57,803 bases of DNA from Ferroacidibacillus organovorans (GCF_001642725.1 NZ_LSUQ01000004.1:62001-119803); one strand, 5' to 3'; numbered from the stretch's first letter, positions 39,895 to 49,691 are shown. Notes: a model not told the origin generated them from the sequence alone. Program-made: numbers and translations.

Positions 39895-40913
39895 TCTCCG
39901 GGGTGCGTCCATCCTCCTTTCGCTCGATCAGGATGATCATTTTGCTCATCCTGCTCGCGGTGAGCATGCTGCTTGGCATCGCGATCGGACCTGTGCGGCT
40001 CACGCTCGCGCAGGTCATTCACGGTGTCTTTCACCCGAATGGAAGCGCGCCGAATGATATCATCGTCAGCGCACTGCGCGAACCGCGCGTCGTTTGCGCG
40101 GCGCTCGTCGGGGCGGCGCTCTCTGTATCCGGCGTTATCGTGCAGTCGGTGTTCAAGAACCCGATGGCCGATCCTGGCATTCTCGGGGTATCTTCCGGCG
40201 GGACGCTTGGGGCGGTGATCGCGCTCGCGCTCGGCTGGGACATCGCATCTCCATACATTCTGCCGCTCTGCGCATTTTTGTTGGCAGGCCTCTCCGTGAC
40301 CATCGTTTATTTGCTCGCGACGCGCTCCGGGCGTACCTCCCTCATCGGAGTGTTGCTTGCGGGCCTCGTTGTCAGTTCGATGATTGGCGCGGCCGTTTCC
40401 CTCGTCTTGACGCTCGTCAATAATGAGAGCATGCGCAGCATCGTCTTTTGGCTGCTAGGCGGCTTTGACGGGGATGGATGGAGCCAGGTCGGCATGATCG
40501 CCCCGCCCATTCTGCTTGGCATTGTCATCGTTTTGTTCTATGCGCGACCACTGGACTTGCTCCATCTCGGAGAGGACAACGCGTACTCGAGCGGTGTTTC
40601 TGTCGAGTGGACCAAGCGTATTCTCATTACGCTGGTCGCCGTCATGACAGGTGCGGCCGTCTCTGTGAGCGGCATGATCGGGTTTGTCGGATTGCTCGTT
40701 CCCCACATGGCGCGCCGCCTCGTTGGTTCATCCCACGCGCTGCTCATCCCTGCGTCCGCGCTACTCGGCGCCAGCCTGCTGATTCTCGCAGATATGCTGG
40801 GGCGAAGCATCGATCCACTCTTTGAGATCAACGTCGGTGTAGTCACGTCGTTTCTTGGCGGTCCTTTTTTCCTCACGCTGTTGCTGCGCACCGAACGAAA
40901 AACGTTTCGCTAG
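39891..40913 (+). CDS. btuC: Corrinoid ABC transporter permease (BtuC/FecCD family)
   Basis: R.PR, KNPMADPGILGVSSG, GMIGFVGLLVPH, GGPFF. Confidence 0.88.
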   Translation: MISGVRPSSFRSIRMIILLILLAVSMLLGIAIGPVRLTLAQVIHGVFHPNGSAPNDIIVSALREPRVVCAALVGAALSVSGVIVQSVFKNPMADPGILGVSSGGTLGAVIALALGWDIASPYILPLCAFLLAGLSVTIVYLLATRSGRTSLIGVLLAGLVVSSMIGAAVSLVLTLVNNESMRSIVFWLLGGFDGDGWSQVGMIAPPILLGIVIVLFYARPLDLLHLGEDNAYSSGVSVEWTKRILITLVAVMTGAAVSVSGMIGFVGLLVPHMARRLVGSSHALLIPASALLGASLLILADMLGRSIDPLFEINVGVVTSFLGGPFFLTLLLRTERKTFR

Positions 40914-40923
40914 GAGAGAGCGT

Positions 40924-41721
40924 ATGTTGACCATTACGTCGATGTCCTACCGCTCGATTCTTCGCGACATCACGTTTTCCATAGAGAAAGGTGAATTTGT
41001 CGCGCTCATCGGCCCGAATGGCGCCGGAAAAAGCACCCTGCTGCAAGTGGCGGCAGGGTTCCTTGCGCCGACCTCTGGCATCGTGCAACTCGCTGATCGG
41101 CCAATCCGCTCGTATCGCGCCAAGCAGCGCGCCGCGCGACTATCCTATATGCCGCAGACAACCGTGCTTGACGTGCCGTACACCGTCTCTGACATCATCC
41201 AGATGGGTGCCTACGCGCACGACCGTCCTGATCACGACATCATAGAAAAATCGATCGCGCGCTGTCATGTCGAACACCTGTTGCATCGCGATCTGCGTTC
41301 GCTCTCAGGGGGTGAGCGTCAGCGCGCGCTGCTCGCTAAAGCGCTTGTGCAAAAGGCAGACTATCTTCTTCTCGATGAACCGGTGTCCGCGCTCGATATC
41401 CAGCACCAGTTAGAGATCCTCACGGTGCTCAAGTCACTCGCGCAAGAAGGACAGGGGGTGTTCGTTTCGATCCATCATCTGGAACATGTCGTCACGTTTG
41501 CCGATCGCGTCATTCTTCTTTGCGACGGCAAGATAACGGCGGATCACGCAGTGCGCGATGTGATGTCGTCGCACGCGCTCTGCGACGCGTTTGCTGTTGA
41601 TGTCGCGCTCTTTGACGACCCATTCACGGGAGAACCGCGCCTCTCGTTTGCGCGAAAGAGTGAAGGGGAACGAGTGCACCGCAACCGCGTAGCGGTGGAG
41701 GGGGGGATCTCGCTTGATTGA
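40924..41721 (+). CDS. btuD: Corrinoid ABC transporter ATP-binding protein
   Basis: GPNGAGKST, LSGGERQR, LDEP..ALDI.HQ; ATG after AGGAGAG. Confidence 0.88.
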   Translation: MLTITSMSYRSILRDITFSIEKGEFVALIGPNGAGKSTLLQVAAGFLAPTSGIVQLADRPIRSYRAKQRAARLSYMPQTTVLDVPYTVSDIIQMGAYAHDRPDHDIIEKSIARCHVEHLLHRDLRSLSGGERQRALLAKALVQKADYLLLDEPVSALDIQHQLEILTVLKSLAQEGQGVFVSIHHLEHVVTFADRVILLCDGKITADHAVRDVMSSHALCDAFAVDVALFDDPFTGEPRLSFARKSEGERVHRNRVAVEGGISLD

Positions 41722-42352
41722 ACACGTTGTACTGGGTGGCGCGCGCAGTGGCAAGACCGCTTTTGCAGAGCGCGCCACATTGACGCTCGCAGAAAATGCG
41801 CATGTCACGCCTCTCTACATCGCGACGGCTGTCGCAACCGATCCGGAGATGCGCGCGCGCATTGAGCGTCACGTTCAGTTGCGCGCATCACGTTTTGTCA
41901 CGCGTGAGGCGCCGCGCGACATGCTTGAGATCGTTGATACGCTTGATCCAGACGCCGTATGCCTCATTGACTGCCTTGCCACGTACATGGGGACACTTTG
42001 GCACGATGCTGGCGCGCGCGTAAGCGACGACGCGTTGATCGCAGAAGGCACGGCACTCTTGGAGGGGCTTGCGCGGCGCACGCCACGCTTTGTCATCGTC
42101 AGCAACGAAGTCGGTATGGGGATCGTGCCTGAAACCGCAGCGGTGCGCATGTACCGCGATGCGCTTGGTCGCTGGAACGCGCTTGCCGCCGCGCTTGCCG
42201 CGCGCGTCACGCTTACCGTGGCCGGCATCCCGGTTCAAATTAAGCCGAGCCAGCATGATACGCGATCACGGGAGCAGGAACTGCGATCACGGGAGCAGGA
42301 ACTGCGATCACGGGAGCAGGAACTGCGATCACGGACGGCTGATTCTCCGTGA
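41714..42352 (+). CDS. cobU: Adenosylcobinamide kinase / adenosylcobinamide-phosphate guanylyltransferase
   Basis: GGARSGKT, YIATA, EMRARIERH, DCL, SNEVGMG, VAGIP. Confidence 0.93.
   Translation: MIEHVVLGGARSGKTAFAERATLTLAENAHVTPLYIATAVATDPEMRARIERHVQLRASRFVTREAPRDMLEIVDTLDPDAVCLIDCLATYMGTLWHDAGARVSDDALIAEGTALLEGLARRTPRFVIVSNEVGMGIVPETAAVRMYRDALGRWNALAAALAARVTLTVAGIPVQIKPSQHDTRSREQELRSREQELRSREQELRSRTADSP
42262..42334 (+). repeat. 21-bp perfect tandem repeat, about 3.5 copies, in the cobU 3' end
   Basis: GCGATCACGGGAGCAGGAACT x3 plus GCGATCACGG; encodes (RSREQEL)x3. Confidence 0.97.
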
Positions 42353-43119
42353 CTGCGAAACGGTTTTCGCACATCCCTTTCCTACGCCCGTTTCTCATTG
42401 CGCTTCAGTTTCTCACGCGCATTCCCGTGCCTGATCTCGGTCCGCCTGATGACGCCGATTTCCGCGCGAGCGTGCGCTGCTACCCGCTTGTCGGCCTGTT
42501 TATCGGCATTCTGACGGTACTGTTCGCGCTGCTGCTCCCGCTGCTTTTCCCATCGCGCCTGCTGCAAAGTGTCCTGCTCGTCGCGTTTGATCTGTTGATC
42601 ACGGGTGGGCTTCACCTGGACGGGCTGATGGATACGGCAGACGGATTTTTGAGTTACCGGGATAAGGCGCGCGTCCTTGACATCATGCGCGACAGTCGCG
42701 TCGGAGCCATGGCGGTGCTTGCCGTCATCATCACGCTCACTGTGCGCATCGCGGCACTCGCCGCGCTCCCCACTGCCACACGGCTCAGCGTCCTTCTCGT
42801 GGCGCCCTTTCTCGCGCGCGGACAACTTCTTCTTGTGATTCGCTTCAATCCGCTTGCCCGCGACGATGGTCTGAGCCGACAAGCGCTCGATGTGTTTGAC
42901 TGGCGGGATCTTCTTCCGTATCTTGTCGCGCTGCTACTTACCGTCTGGCTTGCGCGACTTTCCGGTTTTATCATGGCGCTTGCCGCGGGCGCTGTGGCAG
43001 TTTGGCTCAGCCGTGTCGCGCGACAGCGTATTGGTGGAATGACGGGAGATGTATACGGCGCTGCGGTTGAACTCGCACAGGTGGCGACCGTTCTCGCTGC
43101 AGCAGTGCATCTGCCTTAG
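42349..43119 (+). CDS. cobS: Cobalamin synthase
   Basis: LQFLTRIP, TGGLHLDGLMDTADG, IMRDSRVG, GGMTGDVYGA. Confidence 0.95.
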   Translation: MTAKRFSHIPFLRPFLIALQFLTRIPVPDLGPPDDADFRASVRCYPLVGLFIGILTVLFALLLPLLFPSRLLQSVLLVAFDLLITGGLHLDGLMDTADGFLSYRDKARVLDIMRDSRVGAMAVLAVIITLTVRIAALAALPTATRLSVLLVAPFLARGQLLLVIRFNPLARDDGLSRQALDVFDWRDLLPYLVALLLTVWLARLSGFIMALAAGAVAVWLSRVARQRIGGMTGDVYGAAVELAQVATVLAAAVHLP

Positions 43120-43142
43120 ACTAGAGGGAGTGTGATCACCTC

Positions 43143-43736
43143 ATGCGCGGTTTGCTTTTGATTCGCCACCCAGAGACGCTCGCCAATCAGCAGAGACGGT
43201 ACCTTGGGCACAGCGATTCACCGTGTGACCCTAAGGCGCTTGTCGCGTTTATGCGCGTGGCAGAGCGTGTCGCAAAGCTCCCGCTCGCGCGCGTTCTCTC
43301 CTCTGATCTAGGGCGCGCTTTTGCCGCCGCCGCGCAGATTGGCGAACTGGTTCATCTGCCTGTAGAACAGGACGGGCGACTCCGCGAGATGAATTTTGGG
43401 GTTTTTGAGGGAATGACGTATGAAGAGGTCATGTCATTTGATCGATCGTCTGCCGTAAAATGGTATGAAAACGCAATGGATCGCTGTCCGCCGCGCGGTG
43501 AGACAGGACGGCAGGTTGCCTCGCGCGTGCGCGCGGTGCTGTGTGAACTGCGTGAAAATGCCGCGCGCACCGACCGGTTATTTGCTGTCGTGAGTCACGG
43601 TGGTCCCCTGCGGCTCTATCTGGCAGAACGGCTCTATGGCAATTGTGAAAAACACAGCGATGTGGAGTTGCTCCACGGTCACATGTTCTATGACTCGCTT
43701 GACGCGAAACCGATTCGTTTTAAGGGAGATGAATAA
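43143..43736 (+). CDS. cobC: Histidine phosphatase, probable alpha-ribazole/adenosylcobalamin phosphatase
   Basis: RHPET (RHG variant), SSDL.RA, LREMNFGVFEG, PPRGE, VSHGG; between cobS and cobT. Confidence 0.8.
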   Translation: MRGLLLIRHPETLANQQRRYLGHSDSPCDPKALVAFMRVAERVAKLPLARVLSSDLGRAFAAAAQIGELVHLPVEQDGRLREMNFGVFEGMTYEEVMSFDRSSAVKWYENAMDRCPPRGETGRQVASRVRAVLCELRENAARTDRLFAVVSHGGPLRLYLAERLYGNCEKHSDVELLHGHMFYDSLDAKPIRFKGDE

Positions 43737-43738
43737 GG

Positions 43739-45622
43739 ATGCTTGATCGCAGGATTGAAGAGGCATTGGCGCAGATTGAACGGCCAGACGCGCGTGCTGA
43801 GAACGCGGCGCGCGCCCGACTCAATCAACTCACAAAACCGCGTGGCAGTCTGGGAATGTGTGAAACCTTGCTGATTCAAAGCGCGGGGATTCAGCAGCGC
43901 GCACTGCCCGATTTTGATCATCCGCACATTGTCGTAATGGCGGCGGATCACGGCATCGTGGAGGAAGGCGTTTCTGCGTATCCGTCCGAGGTGACGGTGC
44001 AAATGGTGCACAACTTTCTCGCGGGAGGCGCCGCGATCAACGCGCTTGCGCGCACGGCGAATGCACAGGTGCACGTCGTTGACATGGGCATGGCGACAAA
44101 CGTTGAGCACCCGCTGCTGTTTCAGCGTGCTGTGCGTCGTGGTTCGCGCAATTTTGCGCGAGAAGAGGCGATGACAGAGAGTGAGGCGACGCGCGCGCTG
44201 CTCGCGGGCATTGAGCTTGGTCAGTCACTCGCCGAACCGGGCGGCCGCGTGGTGGCGCTCGGCGAGATGGGCATCGGAAATACGACGACGAGCGCGGCGT
44301 TGCTTGCTGCGCTGACAGGGATGGATCCAGAGGCGTTGGTTGGCGTTGGGACCGGTGTGAGCGCGGAGGTGCGCCGGCACAAAGTGGACGTGATTCGCAG
44401 AGCGCTTGCGCTTCATCGCGATGCGCACAGCGACGCCTTTCGGGCGCTTCAATGCATCGGTGGTTATGAGATAGCGGGACTTGCAGGCGTTGCGATTGGT
44501 GCCGCACAGCGACACGCGGTTATTCTGCTCGATGGGCTCATCAGCACGGTTGCGGGCGTCATTGCGCAGCGGCTTGAACCGCGGCTGGTGCGCTATTTTA
44601 TCGCGGGTCATCAGTCCGAGGAGCCCGGTCACCGCGTCGCTCTTGAACAACTGGGTCTCACGCCAGTCTTGCAACTCGGGATGAGGTTGGGGGAAGCGAG
44701 TGGCGCCGCACTCGCACTCACAGTGCTACAGGCGAGCGCGCGCGCTATGCGTGAGATGGCGACGTTTGAAGAGGCGAGTGTCGATCACGCGCACGATGAG
44801 CAACTCGCGCGTGAACAGACAAAAATTGTGCCTGCGGGCGACCCTTTGGCACGCGCCTTGACGGCCACGGCAGATCGCAACGCCTCTGGGGCTCAGGTTG
44901 TGTCGCGTGCAGTGCAGAATGAGCACGAGCGCGCCTCGGATGAGCCTGGATTTGCCTATGCAACAGAGAATCTCGCGTTTACGGAGAACGAGCGAGCGGC
45001 GGTCTACAAGGCGATCTTTTTGCGCCGAGACATTCGCCAGTTTGCGCGTGATCCGCTGCCTGATGATGTTTTGTACCGGATTCTTGATGCGGGACATCAC
45101 GGTCCGTCGGTCGGGTTCATGCAACCGTGGAATTTTTTGGTGGTCCGAAGCCGAGAAACGAAGGAGACGCTGTGGCGCGTCGTCGATCGCGAACGGATGG
45201 CAGCGGCTGTTCATTTTGAGGGTGAGCGGCGAGATGATTACTTGCGTCTGAAAGTGGAGGGTATCCGTGAGGCGCCAATTACGGTGTGCATCACATCAGA
45301 TCCCACGCGGGGTGGCGCGCATGTCTTGGGGCGCAACTCGATTCGCGATACGGATCGCTTTTCGGTCTCTTGTGCGATTGAAAACATCTGGCTCGCGGCG
45401 CGCGCGGAGAATGTGGCGGTTGGCTGGGTGAGCATCTACCAGCACGCCGATGTGCAGCAAATCTTGAACATACCGCCGCACGTTGAACCTGTTGGACTGC
45501 TCACCATCGGCTATCCTTTGGAGTGGCCACAGGAACCGCTTTTGCAGCGCTCTGGATGGCGCAAACGAATTCCGCTCGAAGACTTGCTCTTTGAAGAGAC
45601 GTGGGGCGTGCAAAAGGTGTAG
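43739..45622 (+). CDS. cobT: CobT-BluB fusion: DMB phosphoribosyltransferase (N-terminal) plus 5,6-dimethylbenzimidazole synthase (C-terminal)
   Basis: CobT: LTKPRGSLG, AADHG, GEMGIGNTT, MRLGE, MATF; BluB: RRDIRQF, PSVGFMQPW, LKVEGIREAP, LGR, NIWLAARAE..VGWVS; one uninterrupted ORF. Confidence 0.92.
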   Translation: MLDRRIEEALAQIERPDARAENAARARLNQLTKPRGSLGMCETLLIQSAGIQQRALPDFDHPHIVVMAADHGIVEEGVSAYPSEVTVQMVHNFLAGGAAINALARTANAQVHVVDMGMATNVEHPLLFQRAVRRGSRNFAREEAMTESEATRALLAGIELGQSLAEPGGRVVALGEMGIGNTTTSAALLAALTGMDPEALVGVGTGVSAEVRRHKVDVIRRALALHRDAHSDAFRALQCIGGYEIAGLAGVAIGAAQRHAVILLDGLISTVAGVIAQRLEPRLVRYFIAGHQSEEPGHRVALEQLGLTPVLQLGMRLGEASGAALALTVLQASARAMREMATFEEASVDHAHDEQLAREQTKIVPAGDPLARALTATADRNASGAQVVSRAVQNEHERASDEPGFAYATENLAFTENERAAVYKAIFLRRDIRQFARDPLPDDVLYRILDAGHHGPSVGFMQPWNFLVVRSRETKETLWRVVDRERMAAAVHFEGERRDDYLRLKVEGIREAPITVCITSDPTRGGAHVLGRNSIRDTDRFSVSCAIENIWLAARAENVAVGWVSIYQHADVQQILNIPPHVEPVGLLTIGYPLEWPQEPLLQRSGWRKRIPLEDLLFEETWGVQKV

Positions 45623-45633
45623 TCGCTTGTGGA

Positions 45634-46428
45634 TTAGAGTGAGCCATCCCAGATGAGTCGTGTCGGTCGGAGAAAGGGTGTCAAGCGCGGGTCTTGCGCC
45701 ATCAACGCGAAAGAACTGACTGGCAGGGGGCCGAGACGATGTTTGTCGACAAAACGCGTGAGCGCCCGACTCATCGCAGGAGTGCACTGGGACAGGTTTT
45801 CTCCGGCTGTGCCGACCATGTAGAGAACACTCGCGACAGGTACGCGCCGCGCGGGAAAGAGCGCGCTTGCGCGAAGCCAAAAATCCCAATCCCAGTAATC
45901 GCGCATGTCTTCATCGTATGCGCCGAGTGTGTCGTGAAAGGTTCGCGGATACACGACGCCAGATGGGATGATCGTGTTCCAGCGGCGAAGTAAAAAAGGA
46001 TCCAGATCAAAGGCGAAACGGTGGCGCGAGCGCATTTTGCGACCTCCGTCTGCGTGTGCGTAGTGAACGATCTCTGCGTCAGAAAAGAGGAGGGCGTCGC
46101 CTCCTTCGCGCATCTGGCGCATCATGCGCGTGACGTGACCTGGCAAGAGAATGTCGTCATCGTCACAAAACATGATGTAATCACCCGTCGCTTCGCGCAG
46201 CCCGGTGTTCCTGGCGTGAACGTGTCCGCGATTGACGGGTTGCTCGATGCAGCGAACCGACATCCCAGACGAGAGATGATGCAGCGCATCGCTGATGGGA
46301 CTGCCTGCGTCATTGATGATGAGAATTTCTTTGGCGGGGTATGGATCGGCTGCAATCGCGCGCACGCATTCCAGTAGCATGCGCGGTCGATTATAGGTGG
46401 GAATGAGAATCGTCACTCGCTCAGGCAC
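45634..46428 (-). CDS. Glycosyltransferase family 2
   Basis: ILIPTYNR, INDAG, ARNTGL, FCDDDD, DWDFWLR. Confidence 0.9.
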   Translation of the reverse strand: MPERVTILIPTYNRPRMLLECVRAIAADPYPAKEILIINDAGSPISDALHHLSSGMSVRCIEQPVNRGHVHARNTGLREATGDYIMFCDDDDILLPGHVTRMMRQMREGGDALLFSDAEIVHYAHADGGRKMRSRHRFAFDLDPFLLRRWNTIIPSGVVYPRTFHDTLGAYDEDMRDYWDWDFWLRASALFPARRVPVASVLYMVGTAGENLSQCTPAMSRALTRFVDKHRLGPLPVSSFALMAQDPRLTPFLRPTRLIWDGSL

Positions 46429-46479
46429 AGTTCCCCTTCTTCCCGATCCTTTTCTGGTGGCGGCTCATCCGCGTAAAGC

Positions 46480-47352
46480 TTACGCGCGCCTTGGGGCAGG
46501 CTTTTGCGCGAGAGATGTTACGGTGATCGCTTGTCGTCCCATGGCGACGTAACTGCTCTCAAACGTTTTGCGCGGTATGGCTTGGCGTGTCCCTGTCAGG
46601 GGGTTGTTCACATAAACATCGCGCGCGTTGTAGCCGACCAGGAGCACTACGTGCTCTTGCCAGGTTGCGCGCACGCGCCCGGTAGGGCTTTGCCACGTGA
46701 TAAAGGGGACGTGCGCCGTATAGTCGATGGTGGTCCATACGATGACTGGACGCCCTGTGCCTAAAAGGGTGAGAAGAGCGCGAAAGGGCTTGCCAGTCAT
46801 GTCGAGCGCCCGCTTTTGCGCCAACTGATTGAGCAGATTGGCAATGGGGGTGTGATAGACGCCATAGCCTGGCGCGTTGCCGCGCATACTTCCCACAAAA
46901 CCGCGTTCCGGATTTCCCCAAGAGAGGATAGCCCCGTTTGGAGACTGCGTGAGGGGTGTTTTATCGCGCGCAATCTTATGGGCAAGTTCGGGTAAGGACA
47001 CGTCGATATGAAGATAGCGTAGAAGCATTGCCAGACTCGTAATCTCACACCCGTTTTGATATCTCGGCAACTGACGGAGCCGGGTGACGCGCAAAAGTAA
47101 CCCAGTGTCACCCTGCGCCGAGAATAGATCGGTGTGCCCCATCGCTGCGCCCTCGAGTTGGAACTGTCGCCGCAACATAAGTGGAGAATCGGTCAGCGCA
47201 GTGCTTGGAAAGAGTGAGAAGATGAGCGCAGACAGAAGGGGCACGATCAGGTAAATTCTTCCGAGATGAAGGAGCCACTCGCGAACGGCGCGCCTTTTTT
47301 TTGCGAAGAATCCTTGCGTCGACATGCCAGAAGATGCGTTGTGTTGGATCAT
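46480..47352 (-). CDS. C39-like (YvpB type) cysteine peptidase with N-terminal TM/signal segment
   Basis: QLP.Y.NGCEITSLAMLL, GNPERGFVG, GRPVIVW, EHVVLLVGY, NNPL. Confidence 0.85.
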   Translation of the reverse strand: MIQHNASSGMSTQGFFAKKRRAVREWLLHLGRIYLIVPLLSALIFSLFPSTALTDSPLMLRRQFQLEGAAMGHTDLFSAQGDTGLLLRVTRLRQLPRYQNGCEITSLAMLLRYLHIDVSLPELAHKIARDKTPLTQSPNGAILSWGNPERGFVGSMRGNAPGYGVYHTPIANLLNQLAQKRALDMTGKPFRALLTLLGTGRPVIVWTTIDYTAHVPFITWQSPTGRVRATWQEHVVLLVGYNARDVYVNNPLTGTRQAIPRKTFESSYVAMGRQAITVTSLAQKPAPRRA

Positions 47353-47392
47353 AAGATGGATATGAATTGCGCGCAGCTTAACAACCGTTCGC

Positions 47393-48142
47393 TCAAACGT
47401 TCAGCCACGCCGCGAGTTCGCCTTCATCTACTGTGTGACCAACGTAGAATGGGCCGAATTCTGCATAGCGAGCGCTCACTTCATCAAAACGCATTTCATA
47501 GATCAGTTTTTTAAACTCGAGTGGATCTTGCGCGTAGAGCGTGACACCCCACTCCCAGTCGTCAAATCCAATCGATCCCGTAATGATCTGATAGACTCGT
47601 CCGGCGTACGATCTACCGATCATGCCGTGGCTGGTCATAAGTTCAATGCGTTTTTCTTTATCAAGCATATACCAGTTATCATCCGCGTTTCGGCGCTTGT
47701 TCATCGGGTAAAAACAGACGTGCTTTGGCTGCGTACTGAGTTTTGGTTCCAGTCTTCCTTTGAGGCGTGGATCATCTTTCGGATCGGAGCCCGGTTTGGA
47801 TAAATAGCTGCTCAATTCAACGATCGATACATACGAATAGGCAGGAATCAGTTCATCGGAGATCTCCAGTTTTTCAAACTCCGTCTTACACGCGATAAGC
47901 TCTTCCATCGTTTTGCGGAAATGAACGATCAGCAAATCTGCTTTGTGGCCAGCGATCAAATAGACGCCATAGCTTCCATCTTCTCGCCCTTCGATTTCAC
48001 GTTGGCTGCGCGAGTATGCTTGCAGGGATTCGATGCGCTGTTGTCGCATCTCAGGGGGCATGCTTTTCCAGGATGCCCAGTCCACCGTTCGAAAGTCGTG
48101 GTATGCATACCAGCCTTCAATGGTTTGGGTCGGTTCGCTCAT
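47393..48142 (-). CDS. hemQ: Coproheme decarboxylase (HemQ/ChdC)
   Basis: EGWY..HDFR, GHKADL, YSYVSIVELS, FYPMNKRR, NWYML, HGMIGR, GFDDWEWGV, YEMRFDEVSARY. Confidence 0.95.
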   Translation of the reverse strand: MSEPTQTIEGWYAYHDFRTVDWASWKSMPPEMRQQRIESLQAYSRSQREIEGREDGSYGVYLIAGHKADLLIVHFRKTMEELIACKTEFEKLEISDELIPAYSYVSIVELSSYLSKPGSDPKDDPRLKGRLEPKLSTQPKHVCFYPMNKRRNADDNWYMLDKEKRIELMTSHGMIGRSYAGRVYQIITGSIGFDDWEWGVTLYAQDPLEFKKLIYEMRFDEVSARYAEFGPFYVGHTVDEGELAAWLNV

Positions 48143-48224
48143 TGTTGCCGCCTCATTTCCATTCACATTCTATGCGTTCTAAGCGTAGCGCACTTCAGGG
48201 CCCGGGCGCAAATCATTCCATCGA

Positions 48225-49691
48225 TCAGATTTGAAATAACTCACAGAAGGATGCAACGTAACGCGGATCAAAACGCGTTCCAGAAAGCTGTCTGATTTCT
48301 TGAAGAGCGGCCGAATGCGCGACGCCGCGTGTCACGCTCTGTGCATATGTATCGGTGATCGCAACCATCCGCGCCAGCGGCGTAATCTCATCACCCGCGA
48401 GATGAAAGGGAAATCCTGTGCCATCGTACGCTTCATGGTGGTGGAAAATGGCGGTATACACATTTCCGGGGAGCCATTCGACCGTGAGCATCTCAAGGGT
48501 GAAAAACGGGTGTTGCTGGTAGCGTTTCCAGGCATCCATCGAGCGATGAGGATTTTTAATGATCTCAGGCTCGACCATCGTGAGCCCGTAATCAGCGAGC
48601 CTGCTGAGAAAAACGGCAGACGTTTCATCAGCGGCCGTTTCAGGGCAAACTTCGGCGAGCGCTCTCGTGTAAAACGTTCGCACATCGAGCAGATGCGCGA
48701 AATTGGGTTCGATCAGTTCGAGCGCGTCTGTGACGTCCAAGAGGATGACAAACTGTTCAAGCTTTGTCCACTCTTCGGGCGTCAGTGGATAGGTGGGGCG
48801 TTTGTGGGAAGGGACACTCCACGACTCCTGCAAGGTTTGCGCCGTTTGCCACGCCCGCCAGTTGCGCGCACGTCCAAACATCACGAGCGCTTTTTGCAGC
48901 AAACGAAGCGCGAGCGAAGGGTCACCTGCGTGATGCGCCACAATCGCCAAAATTTGCGCCAGGCTGGCGATTTCTTCACGCTCAAATTGGAGGTAACTTC
49001 TCCACACGACGTCGAGCGCGCGTTTTGCTGTTTTCGTAGCGTCATCCAACTGGTTTAGCGCAAAATCGAGTTGTGTTTGCACAGTATAGGCGGGAAGATA
49101 GGCATAATCGCCATACTGGTGCGCTCTTGCGAGATCATCGCTGGCTTTTTCGAATTGATTCAGTTCGAGATGTGCCATGGCGCGGTTTGTATATATCTCA
49201 GGGAGAATGTAATCAAGCTGATGCGCGAGGGCGATTTGCAAACTCTCATTTAAAAAGTGTAAGGATTCGTCCAGTAGGCCGAGTTCGCCGAGCAACATTC
49301 CATAATTACCCAAAAGGGATGCTTGTAATATAAAAGGTATATGAATTTCAGTTTGCAGTAAACTTTCGAGGATGAGACGAGCCTCTTGATTCTTGCCGTT
49401 GCGACGCTCTATGAGTGCTAAGTGCATTTGAAAGCGAATGCGTTGAACGGGGTCGCGACTTAACTCGATCGCCTGAATAAATGCGGATCTTGCATGATCC
49501 ACTGTGCCGAGTTGAACAAATATTTTCCCCAGTTCATCCCATACAGCATCGTTCATGTCGTGAGTATTCGCGCATGCGAGAATGGCTTTATAAGATTCGA
49601 TTGCTGCGTGATAAAATTTAAGAGAAACGTGTCTAGCTGCTTGATTAAATCTATTTTTACATGAACAACAGGGAGGATCGTGTGTCAACAC
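48225..49691 (-). CDS. TPR-repeat protein with C-terminal degenerate HD-GYP domain
   Basis: TPR-like units (WDELGKIFVQLG..DHARSAF.QAIEL, LGNYGMLLGELG, YTNRAMAHLELNQFEKA); C-terminal QHP, HHHEAYDGTGFP..LAGDEI...ARMVAITD, SGTRFDP; RBS AAAGGAGG. Confidence 0.9.
   Translation of the reverse strand: MLTHDPPCCSCKNRFNQAARHVSLKFYHAAIESYKAILACANTHDMNDAVWDELGKIFVQLGTVDHARSAFIQAIELSRDPVQRIRFQMHLALIERRNGKNQEARLILESLLQTEIHIPFILQASLLGNYGMLLGELGLLDESLHFLNESLQIALAHQLDYILPEIYTNRAMAHLELNQFEKASDDLARAHQYGDYAYLPAYTVQTQLDFALNQLDDATKTAKRALDVVWRSYLQFEREEIASLAQILAIVAHHAGDPSLALRLLQKALVMFGRARNWRAWQTAQTLQESWSVPSHKRPTYPLTPEEWTKLEQFVILLDVTDALELIEPNFAHLLDVRTFYTRALAEVCPETAADETSAVFLSRLADYGLTMVEPEIIKNPHRSMDAWKRYQQHPFFTLEMLTVEWLPGNVYTAIFHHHEAYDGTGFPFHLAGDEITPLARMVAITDTYAQSVTRGVAHSAALQEIRQLSGTRFDPRYVASFCELFQI

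Noticed and set aside
42262..42334. Possible mini CRISPR array
   Set aside because: Repeats are head-to-tail with no spacers, lie in frame within cobU, and no cas genes are present.
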